Shown here: positions 15,996-23,857 of the stretch, one piece after another | Numbering within the stretch: position 1 is the first letter of the stretch | Layout of the letters: the number at the start of each line of letters is the position of its first letter | Origin: an uncultured Methylomirabilota bacterium | GTDB taxonomy: Bacteria; Methylomirabilota; Methylomirabilia; CAVQYV01 | Assembly: GCA_963718295.1 (NCBI GenBank) | Contig: CAVQYV010000008.1 | Coordinates: 11,442-75,441, forward strand | DNA length: 64,000 nt | Direction of reading: 5' to 3' | The notes under the pieces: model-generated | What the model was told of the DNA's origin: nothing | The model's database searches: none | The model's input: only the letters and a program-made list of their open reading frames with translations | Program-made: the position numbers and the translations under genes

Positions 15996-17492
15996 TCATT
16001 GGATGATCTTGAACTGGGCCAAGATCCAGATCAGGCACGCCACCCCACTGCCCAGGATACAACCCACCCAGAGTACGAGCTTCGTATACCAGGGCGGCTG
16101 GAATTCTCTGGGTATCCACCTCTTATTGGCATAGAGGATGTGGGCCGCGCCGATCCCCCGGGCGAGAAGGGCCAGGAAGGAGGCCATGAGCCAGAGGGTG
16201 AAGGGGGGGGCGACCCGGACCAGATAGAAGCCGGCCCCAATGGAGAGGAACACCGCCAGGAAATAATAGAAACGATAGGAGTGCTTCTTCCGCAATCTGG
16301 GAGTGGTGGCCACGGCATCGGCCACGGTGCGGCCGATGAAGCCATCGAAAACAGCGAATTCCGCATCGTAGAGGGTGACGAAGATGAAGATCAGGAAGAT
16401 GGCGGAGGCCAAGGGGCCGAACTGGCCGGCGATGGTGGCCATCTGCAGGGGGACCTCCAGGCCCTTTGCCACGATCCCATTTCTATAGAGGTAGGCATGT
16501 CCGGCCACCCCATAGAGGTAGGTTCCGAGCATGGCTCCAATGATGGCCCACCAGAGGATCAGGCTCCATTTGGCCACTTTGCACCACTGCTTCATCTTGG
16601 CCATCTCGGATGGGTCATGCACATCGAAGGTGATGGGATCGGTGCTGATCTCCTCCGGGGGACGGAGGGCGCCGGTCATCCGGCCCGTGTGCTTGCCCAT
16701 GCCCCATCCGGCCTCCAACACCCAGAAGGTGATCCACATCAAGGCGCCGCCGGGCTGCTGAAAGAGGGAGAAGGCCAATTGGAGGGGGAAATCCTTGGGG
16801 TAGCCGGCCAGGCCAAAATTGAAATATCCCCAGAGGACGTCCAGGTAATCCTTGGGAGTGGCCACCAGGGCGGCAATGATGATCACGCACACCAGGTTGA
16901 TGATCATGACGAAGGTGAAGATGGTGGCGATCACCTTGTAGATGTAGCGGGAAAAGGCGAAGACCAGCATGACCAGGATGAGTGCCGCGACGCACCACCC
17001 ATAAAAGGTGCCCCAGTGGGTAAGCTTATGCATCGCTGCTGCGGATCCGGACAGGTAGGAAGGCCACACATAGCAGAGGATGGCGTAGGCCCCCCAGAAC
17101 CAGGGCCAGAGGCCCCGCGGAGGGATATCCCGGGTCATGGAGAAGAAGGATCTGCCCGTGAGCATAGTGTACTTGATGCATTCATAGACCATGAAGGCTT
17201 CAAAGAGGGTGGAAAGGGTCATGAACCAGAATAGCTTGTACCCTCCTAAGGAGGCGGCGTAAGGGATGAGCATCGTCTCCCCTCCGCCCACCGAGACCCC
17301 AAAGTTGATGGCCATGGGGCCCAGGGCGGCGGTGATCCCGATGAGGGTCAAGGGAAATGGATCCGGAACCTTGAAGACCTTCTGATTTTGGGCCACGACT
17401 TCCTCCTCTCCACCGATCGGTGATGGATTGGTCCGTTCCGCGCCGGCGAGACCAATCGGGGACATCTTGCCCGATTTGCCTTCTCTTGTCAA
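15996..17492 (-). CDS. polytopic membrane transporter, Nramp/MntH-like fold without the DPGN motif
   Basis: Hydrophobic throughout. The TM1-like segment GVSVGGGETMLIPYAASLGGYKLFWF resembles Nramp TM1, but GGGE replaces DPGN. Confidence 0.45.
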   Translation of the reverse strand: MTREGKSGKMSPIGLAGAERTNPSPIGGEEEVVAQNQKVFKVPDPFPLTLIGITAALGPMAINFGVSVGGGETMLIPYAASLGGYKLFWFMTLSTLFEAFMVYECIKYTMLTGRSFFSMTRDIPPRGLWPWFWGAYAILCYVWPSYLSGSAAAMHKLTHWGTFYGWCVAALILVMLVFAFSRYIYKVIATIFTFVMIINLVCVIIIAALVATPKDYLDVLWGYFNFGLAGYPKDFPLQLAFSLFQQPGGALMWITFWVLEAGWGMGKHTGRMTGALRPPEEISTDPITFDVHDPSEMAKMKQWCKVAKWSLILWWAIIGAMLGTYLYGVAGHAYLYRNGIVAKGLEVPLQMATIAGQFGPLASAIFLIFIFVTLYDAEFAVFDGFIGRTVADAVATTPRLRKKHSYRFYYFLAVFLSIGAGFYLVRVAPPFTLWLMASFLALLARGIGAAHILYANKRWIPREFQPPWYTKLVLWVGCILGSGVACLIWILAQFKIIQ

Positions 17493-17701
17493 TCACCTTG
17501 GGGTGTTACCGCGGGACTCCTGGTAGCCACTTCCGGGCTCAGCGTTCCTGGGCTGCACCACAAAAATGTTGCATGATGGGCTGCTTTGCATTATCTTGAG
17601 ATGGTCTTTTCTGGTTTCTTGACCTCATGCGGGGATAGGAATTTCTCCGAAGAGGGTTTTTCTCTGATTCTTTCTAAGGATGGGAACAGGAGGTAGCGCT
17701 C

Positions 17702-19060
17702 ATGGCAGCATGGACCGCGACGGAGCTGACACAAAGGGACCGGCAGCATCTCATACATCCCCTCTATCATCCCAATGACCATCAGACGCCCCTGATCTTC
17801 GCGCGGGGCGAGGGGATTTACCTGGAGGATGTGAATGGCAAGCGCTATATCGATGGTCTCTCCGGCCTCTGGAATGTGGTGCTGGGCCATGGTCGGGCCG
17901 AGCTGGCCGAGGCGGCCGCAGCCCAGATGAAGACCTTAGCCTACTGCTCCTCCTATGTGGGCTCCTCGAATATCCCTGCCATCGAGCTGGCCAACCGCCT
18001 GGCGGAGATTACCTATCCCAGCCTCAATATGGTCTTCTTCACCAGCGGAGGATCAGAGTCCACCGAATCGGCCTTCAAGACCGTCCGCTATTATTGGAAA
18101 GTGAAGGGTAAACCGGAAAAGATCAAGATCATCGCCCGGGAGCACGCCTATCATGGGGTCACCCTGGCATCCATGAGCGCCACTGGCATCACCCCCTACT
18201 GGACCATGTTCGAGCCGAGGGTTCCAGGATTCTTACACTGCGCCTCTCCTTATTCCTATCGCTTTGAGGGCGCCCGCCCCGGGGAGAGCATCGGAGAGGC
18301 GGCGGCCCGCTCCCTGGAGGAGATGATCCTGCGGGAAGGGGCGGACACGGTGGGGGCCTTCATCGCCGAGCCGGTGCAGGGAGCCGGAGGGGTCATCCCC
18401 CCACCCGATGACTATTTCCCCCGCATCCGGGAGATCTGCACCCGCCATCAGGTCCTCTTCGTTGCCGATGAGGTCATCACCGGATTCGGTCGCACCGGCC
18501 GTCGCTTTGCCCTGATGCGCTGGGGAGTCGAGCCGGACATCATCGCTTTCGCCAAGGCGATCACCAGCGGGTACATCCCCCTGGGCGGGATCATCGTCTC
18601 CGACGAGATCAAGGATGCGATCCTCTCCGCTCCTCCCGAGAAGCGCTGGATGCACGCCTTCACCTATTCGGGGCATCCCACCTGTTGTGCCGTGGCCCTG
18701 CGGACTCTGGATATCATCGACCGGGAAGGGCTGGTGGAGAGGGCAGACAAGATGGGGGCCCGGCTGATCCAGGGATTGAAAGGATTATCGGATCTGCCCA
18801 TGGTAGGGGATGTGCGGGGATTGGGCCTCATGGCCGCAGTGGAATGCGTGAAGGACAAGGCCACCAAGGCCCCCTTCGATCCGAAGCTCAATGTGGGGGT
18901 GAGGGTGCACAAGGCCGCCATCAAGAGGGGCCTTTTCTCCCGGGTGAAAGGGGATTCCTTCCTCCTGGCCCCGCCCCTGATCATCAACGAGGAGCAGGTG
19001 GATCAGATCGTGAACATCCTGGGCGAGGCCATCCAGGAGGTGGCCAAAGAGGTGGTGTGA
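17702..19060 (+). CDS. class III (omega-type) PLP aminotransferase
   Basis: FIAEPVQGAGGVIPPP, DEVITGFGRTG and AKAITSGYIPLGG (PLP lysine). Confidence 0.9.
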   Translation: MAAWTATELTQRDRQHLIHPLYHPNDHQTPLIFARGEGIYLEDVNGKRYIDGLSGLWNVVLGHGRAELAEAAAAQMKTLAYCSSYVGSSNIPAIELANRLAEITYPSLNMVFFTSGGSESTESAFKTVRYYWKVKGKPEKIKIIAREHAYHGVTLASMSATGITPYWTMFEPRVPGFLHCASPYSYRFEGARPGESIGEAAARSLEEMILREGADTVGAFIAEPVQGAGGVIPPPDDYFPRIREICTRHQVLFVADEVITGFGRTGRRFALMRWGVEPDIIAFAKAITSGYIPLGGIIVSDEIKDAILSAPPEKRWMHAFTYSGHPTCCAVALRTLDIIDREGLVERADKMGARLIQGLKGLSDLPMVGDVRGLGLMAAVECVKDKATKAPFDPKLNVGVRVHKAAIKRGLFSRVKGDSFLLAPPLIINEEQVDQIVNILGEAIQEVAKEVV

Positions 19061-19130
19061 GCCCACCATCCCTTCCCTGATCTGAATGCTCCGTCGTCCC
19101 TTCGCAGGAGGTAAAAAGACGCAAAAGATG

Positions 19131-19180
19131 AAGGCACCGGAAAGATCTCTGGTCAGAAAGCCCCGGTGCCTTCCTATTTG
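19131..19180 (+). terminator. possible rho-independent terminator after the aminotransferase gene
   Basis: AAGGCACCGG (19131-19140) pairs with CCGGTGCCTT (19163-19172), followed by CCTATTTG. The loop is long (22 nt). Confidence 0.45.
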
Positions 19181-19204
19181 CGGGAAAGGGGATGCCTGGA
19201 CGGA

Positions 19205-20008
19205 ATGGATGAGATTAGTACAAGGAGGGCAAGCGTGATTGACCATGAGGGGCGCAGCAGGGAGTTTGAGCGCCAGATCATCCAACTCCTCGAGGCCTCC
19301 GGATTTCAGGTCCAAACCAATGTGACTGTGGGCGGGGTCCAGCCAGATATCGTAGTGGCCGTTCCCGACGGCAGGATCTACGTGGTAGAGGTCAAAGCCT
19401 GGGAAAAGAGGCCAGGGTTTACGGTGCGTGCCGCCCGCCAAGTCCAACTCTTCCAGCAGGAGATCGGTGTGGACGGGGCCTATGTAGTCGTCAAGGATCT
19501 GGAACGGAGCCGCCCGCAGACTGGCGTTGTCATGGCGAAAGACCTCGTCAGCGCCCTACGCAAGGATGTAAGCGAGGCCAAGGGCGAGGCGAGGAGGCAG
19601 CCACCCTCCCTGAAATCTCCCGGAAAGATCGTCTTTGCCGCCATGCCCTTCTCAGGGGACTACGAGGATGTTTTCTTCGTGGCCATGGCGCCGGCTGCCG
19701 AGGCGGTGGGCGCCGTATGCAAGCGGGTGGATCGTGAGGAATACGCGGGGAATGTCGTGGAAAAGGTCAGGTACATGATCCGGGAGTCCATCGCCGTAAT
19801 CGCCGATCTCTCGGAATCGCGGCCTAATGTATTGTATGAGGCAGGCTTCGCTCACGCCCTCGACAGGCCGACTGTCCATATCTGCTCCACGCCCCTGAAG
19901 GACCTCCCCTTCGATATGGCCCAATGGAGCACCATCGAATACCAGAAAGGGCAGACCCACAAGCTGCGATCCATCCTCACCAACCGCCTCCGCACCATAC
20001 TGGCCTGA
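19205..20008 (+). CDS. fusion protein: N-terminal PD-(D/E)xK (Mrr/restriction-endonuclease-like) domain + C-terminal nucleoside 2-deoxyribosyltransferase-like/TIR-like domain
   Basis: Asp at 19346-19348 (QPDIVVAV) and E-x-K at 19388-19396 (VVEVK). The C-terminal ~130 aa reads KIVFAAMPFSGDYEDVF...IADLSESRPNVLYEAGFAHALDRPTVHI. Start set at ATG 19205, because the ORF-track TTG 19166 lies inside the terminator hairpin. Confidence 0.55.
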   Translation: MDEISTRRASVIDHEGRSREFERQIIQLLEASGFQVQTNVTVGGVQPDIVVAVPDGRIYVVEVKAWEKRPGFTVRAARQVQLFQQEIGVDGAYVVVKDLERSRPQTGVVMAKDLVSALRKDVSEAKGEARRQPPSLKSPGKIVFAAMPFSGDYEDVFFVAMAPAAEAVGAVCKRVDREEYAGNVVEKVRYMIRESIAVIADLSESRPNVLYEAGFAHALDRPTVHICSTPLKDLPFDMAQWSTIEYQKGQTHKLRSILTNRLRTILA

Positions 20009-20085
20009 AAGGGAAGGCCCATCCAATCTGAATTGGGAACCTGGATTACGGACACATCCCCATTGCATTATCGGGCCAGGGATGC

Positions 20086-20157
20086 TCACCGCGGAAGGCC
20101 GGCCTTGATGTAGCCCTCCAGAAGGTGCTGTCGATCCTTTTCATGAAGGTTCCATTG
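20086..20157 (-). pseudogene. 23-codon 3' remnant of a TPR-type gene
   Basis: Encodes QWNLHEKDRQHLLEGYIKAGLPR then TGA. Its DNA closely resembles 20692-20760. In-frame stops lie immediately upstream. Confidence 0.5.
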
Positions 20158-20222
20158 TCTCTTTGCAGGCGGCCAAGGCGCGGACGGTCTCGACGGTGTT
20201 CTGGCTCTTCAGGCGGGTTAGG

Positions 20223-20411
20223 TCAGAATCGCGGTTCCAAGCCAGCTTGCTTGCACAGTTCGTTGGCCGTCACCCTGTCCAGTGCACGGTGTCTCTTTAT
20301 CGGAATCGTCTTTTCACTATTTGTATAGATCGAGTGTTTCTTGCCTTCCCGCAGCAGGGTAAACCCATTTTCTTCGAGATATTTGATCAAGTCTCGCCGT
20401 TTTACCGACAC
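20223..20411 (-). CDS. hicA: HicA-family mRNA-interferase toxin
   Basis: VSVKRRDLIKYLEENGFTLLREGKKHSIYTNSEKTIPIKRH matches the YcfA/HicA pattern. The GTG start at 20411 lies 1 nt after the hicB stop. Confidence 0.8.
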   Translation of the reverse strand: MSVKRRDLIKYLEENGFTLLREGKKHSIYTNSEKTIPIKRHRALDRVTANELCKQAGLEPRF

Positions 20412-20412
20412 C

Positions 20413-20631
20413 TCAAATCTCGACGGGTATTTGTTCCAGGAGGGCCCTCCCGACAGGGATTTCCCTATGCTGCTGTCGATAAGCCTGAACCATTTCCTGC
20501 AGAGCATCGCGAAGCATCTCTCTGCAATCCTCCAAGGTCCTCCCCTCTGTGATTACCTCCGGCCATTCTACCAATTGGCCCATGTACCCTGAGTTTATCT
20601 TGGTATACTTCGCCATATAGGTGTTAATCAT
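20413..20631 (-). CDS. hicB: small HicB-family antitoxin
   Basis: GYMGQLVEWPEVITEGRTLEDCREMLRDALQEMV matches the HicB N-terminal domain pattern. Tightly coupled to hicA. Confidence 0.7.
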   Translation of the reverse strand: MINTYMAKYTKINSGYMGQLVEWPEVITEGRTLEDCREMLRDALQEMVQAYRQQHREIPVGRALLEQIPVEI

Positions 20632-20691
20632 TTCACGCTCTCCTATGCTTCGAAATCAGGGGGAATTACGGACCCTCCCCCATTTCCTCTT

Positions 20692-21054
20692 TTACCGCGG
20701 AAGCCCGGCCTTGATGAAGCCCTCTACGGCGTGCTGTCGATCCTTCTCGTGGAGAAACGGCGCGCGACTGGCCCAATCGGAAGCAGAGAAGGAGGGGTTA
20801 TCCTTCAGGAATTTCTCTGCCTCGGCACGGGCTTCCTCCATCCGACCCAGATAGGCGAGGCAAGCGGCCAGGAGTCGCCTGGGAGAGAAGCAGCCAAAGG
20901 GGTCAGACCTACACTTTGCACAGGCTCGAGTCCTGGCGAAGGCTGCGAGTCCGATGGTGGTTGAAACATCTGCGCAAACACGAAAAGGCACAGTATATTT
21001 ACACCCAAAAGATCTAATCCGATGCCTTCCTTTGCCTTCCTTTTTCCCTCTCAC
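20692..21054 (-). pseudogene. truncated 3' portion of a TPR-type gene
   Basis: Only the last ~60 codons look protein-like (LLAACLAYLGRMEEARAEAEKFLKDNPSFSASDWASRAPFLHEKDRQHAVEGFIKAGLPR). The upstream part of the ORF is not protein-like. Confidence 0.5.
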
Positions 21055-21322
21055 CTCCCGCGGAAAACGGAAGCATCCACAGAACTCGCCAAAGGAATCG
21101 GAGTCATGAGACTTGCGCCAAGCGGTGGAAAAAACTTCGCTCTCAGGTTCTATCTACTCTCATCCACTTGCGTTGTCAATCCTTTTTCCAGTTGATTAAA
21201 GAGAGATTATTCGGTAAAAGGTACCCGTTGTTGTTTCCCGTGGAACGAGCATTTGGATCAAGCCACCTCTGATCGAGAGGGGGAAATCCGCTGAGAGAGC
21301 ATGAATCAGCGAAACATAGAGG

Positions 21323-22021
21323 ATGGAGGAGATCAAAGAGATGAGGAAAGTGATTAACCGGGCACCGATGCCAGAGGAAAAGACCCTTGAACAATACCGG
21401 GGCTTCCTGAAACTGTTCAGCCCCAGCTGCGTCATCGCTGATTCCATGGAGCGGTCGGGAATCATGCGAAGCTGCATCAAACCCGTAGATCCGTCCAATT
21501 GCCGGATCTGCGGCCCGGCCCTTACGGTTCGCCTCTTTCCGGGCGATCTGGTGGATTGTCTGGATGCCCTGGGGGTGGCCCGGAACGGCGATCTGATCGT
21601 GGTGGACGCCCGGGGAGAGACGGAGACCTCGATCTGGGGAGGCCTGATGGCCGGACTCTGCAAGCAGAAAGGCGTGGTGGGGGCCGTGATCGATGGGGCC
21701 TGTCGCGATATCGACGAGGTGAAGTATCACAAGTTCCCCCTCTTCTCCCGGGCCATTGTGCCAAGATCTACCCACACCCCCTACTCCAAACGGATGGAGC
21801 CCATCGAGATCAATGTCCCCATCGAGTGTGGCGGGGTGATCGTTTACCCCGGCGATCTGGTGCTGGCTGATGAGATAGGCGTGGTCGTGATCCCCATGGC
21901 CGAGGCGGCCCTGGTTGCGGAGAGGGCAAAAGATCTCTTCGATCAGGAAGAGCTCACCCGGCAACGGATCGCGGAGGGCAAGACCCTGGAGCAGATCCTG
22001 GAGGAGTTCGGAAGGCTATAG
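21323..22021 (+). CDS. RraA-family protein (RNase E regulator / 4-hydroxy-4-methyl-2-oxoglutarate aldolase family)
   Basis: GDLIVVDARGETETSIWGGLMAGLCKQKGVVGAVIDGACRD and FPLFSRAIVP. Confidence 0.85.
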   Translation: MEEIKEMRKVINRAPMPEEKTLEQYRGFLKLFSPSCVIADSMERSGIMRSCIKPVDPSNCRICGPALTVRLFPGDLVDCLDALGVARNGDLIVVDARGETETSIWGGLMAGLCKQKGVVGAVIDGACRDIDEVKYHKFPLFSRAIVPRSTHTPYSKRMEPIEINVPIECGGVIVYPGDLVLADEIGVVVIPMAEAALVAERAKDLFDQEELTRQRIAEGKTLEQILEEFGRL

Positions 22022-22162
22022 TGGGTGCTACCAATTCGAAGAAAGGCCTTCTTTATCCCTCAAAGGATGCAGTCTGCCCTTGCAGAAATCACGGCAGAGA
22101 GGAGAGGGATGGGTAAATGGGAGAGGCGAGTCCCCACCATACATGGAAAGGCTGCAATAAAG

Positions 22163-22462
22163 ATGGAGAAGAGGCCGATTAACAGGTCAGGATCGAGCCC
22201 GAGCGAGGGAGAAGTGGATCTGAAGCTCATGGAGATCCATCGGGCGGCCAATGACGAGGAGGCCCTAGTAATCAGGGGTCTGCTGGAGAGCCAGGGCATC
22301 CGCTGTATCCTGCGCTCGGGGGTCGTCCACGCCGTCCACCCCTTCAGCATTGATGGCTTGGGGGAAGTCCGAATCCTGGTAGCAGAAATGGATGTCCCGG
22401 AGGCGAAGGCCCTCCTTGTCACCCCCTGGAAGAGAGTCCCTCCTCGAAATTCCGCCCGTTAG
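22163..22462 (+). CDS. DUF2007-like small protein (start uncertain)
   Basis: EALVIRGLLESQGIRCILRSG...VRILVAEMDVPEAKALL. Candidate starts at 22163 or 22229. The ORF-track start 22025 adds a non-protein-like extension. Confidence 0.55.
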   Translation: MEKRPINRSGSSPSEGEVDLKLMEIHRAANDEEALVIRGLLESQGIRCILRSGVVHAVHPFSIDGLGEVRILVAEMDVPEAKALLVTPWKRVPPRNSAR

Positions 22463-22603
22463 ATCGGGTCCAAGAAAAAGGGGCGGCCTCTGCTCTGTAT
22501 CTGGGGTACCTTGCAGAGGTCTGTCCGTCTTTCGAGGCTTCGCGTGGGCAGGGGGATCCCGGGATGTCCTTTGGAGGTCATGACGCAATAGGAGGAGCAA
22601 CCC

Positions 22604-23842
22604 ATGTTGTCTGCCGAAGAGGCTCAAAGAATCATCTTGGAAGACATGAAGGTCTTGGGACTGGAAAAGGTCCCTCTCCTTTGTTCCTTAGGCCGGGTCC
22701 TGGGAGAAGATGTAGCCTCGGAGACGGATATCCCGCCCTGGGATAACTCCGCAATGGATGGCTACGCCGTGCGGGTGTCGGATCTGGAGGGGGCGTCCCC
22801 GGAGAGGCCAGTATCCCTGCGGGTAGTCGAGGATCTTCCCGCAGGGAAGCTTTCGAGCCGCCTCTTGAAAGAGGGGGAGGCGATCCGAATCATGACCGGC
22901 GCCCCCGTGCCAGCAGGAACGGATGGGGTGGTACGGGTGGAGGACACGGCAAGGGATGGAGAGAGCGTCCGGATCTTGCAGAGGATTGGGGAGGGTGAGA
23001 ATATCCGGCGCAGAGGAGAGGATATAAGGGCAGGGGCAAGGGTCCTCTCCCCGGGTACTCTGTTAGGGGCGGCTGAGGTCGGAGTGCTGGCCTCCGTGAA
23101 TCGAGGGGCGGTGTATGTCCATGGGAGGCCGCGGGTGGCGATTCTGGCTACCGGGGATGAGCTGGTGGATGTGGGGCAAAAAAGGGCCCCCGGCCAGATC
23201 ATCACCAGCAACAGCTACACGTTGGCCTCTCAGGTAAGGCAGTGTGGGGCAATTTCCATCGACCTGGGTATTGCGAAAGATGACCTCCAGATCCTGCGAA
23301 GCAAGATTGCAGAGGGATGCAAGGCCGATATCCTGATCTCCTCCGGTGGCGTATCCATGGGTGATTACGATCTGGTAAGGGATGCCCTGATCGACATGGG
23401 CGGGGAGGTAAAATTCTGGCAGATAGCGATTCGGCCCGGCATGCCCACCACCTTCGGTATCCTGCAGGGGACGCCCTTCTTCGGGCTTCCCGGCAACCCG
23501 GTCTCCTCCATGGTCTGTTTCGAGATCTTCTGCCGTCCTGCTCTGCTGAAGATGAGCGGCCATTCTCATCTATTTCGTCCCTGGATCGAGGCTGTGACCC
23601 AGCAGGACATCAAGACCAAGGCAGGAAGGAGGCATTTTCTCCGGGTCCGATTGGAGAGAAAAGATGGGGAGATACGACTGCAGCTTACGGGGGATCAGGG
23701 GTCGGGAATCCTCACTTCCCTCAGCCATGCCCACGGGCTGGCAGTGATTCCAGAAGAGACCTCCGTGGTCAGGGCAGGGGAGCGGGTGAAGGTGTTCCTC
23801 TTGGACCAGGGCTTGGAGATCCTGGGGGACGAGCCGGCCTGA
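22604..23842 (+). CDS. moeA: molybdopterin molybdenumtransferase
   Basis: N-terminal LSAEEAQRIIL...DIPPWDNSAMDGYAVR, plus the SGGVSMGDYD and PGNPVSS motifs. Confidence 0.9.
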   Translation: MLSAEEAQRIILEDMKVLGLEKVPLLCSLGRVLGEDVASETDIPPWDNSAMDGYAVRVSDLEGASPERPVSLRVVEDLPAGKLSSRLLKEGEAIRIMTGAPVPAGTDGVVRVEDTARDGESVRILQRIGEGENIRRRGEDIRAGARVLSPGTLLGAAEVGVLASVNRGAVYVHGRPRVAILATGDELVDVGQKRAPGQIITSNSYTLASQVRQCGAISIDLGIAKDDLQILRSKIAEGCKADILISSGGVSMGDYDLVRDALIDMGGEVKFWQIAIRPGMPTTFGILQGTPFFGLPGNPVSSMVCFEIFCRPALLKMSGHSHLFRPWIEAVTQQDIKTKAGRRHFLRVRLERKDGEIRLQLTGDQGSGILTSLSHAHGLAVIPEETSVVRAGERVKVFLLDQGLEILGDEPA

Positions 23843-23857
23843 TCCCTTGATTTCCCC

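Noticed and set aside
15702-17234. Very long ORFs antisense to confidently assigned genes. This 510-aa ORF is one. Others are 3611-4522(-), 21176-21964(-), 24293-25285(+), 30258-31373(+), 36114-37637(+), 38797-39792(-), 40986-41975(-), 42877-43821(-), 48447-49679(+), 54516-55532(+) and 62762-63757(-).
   Set aside because: Their translations are low-complexity (rich in G, P, R, H, L) with no recognisable motifs. Each lies opposite a gene with clear family signatures. These are typical shadow ORFs of GC-rich DNA.
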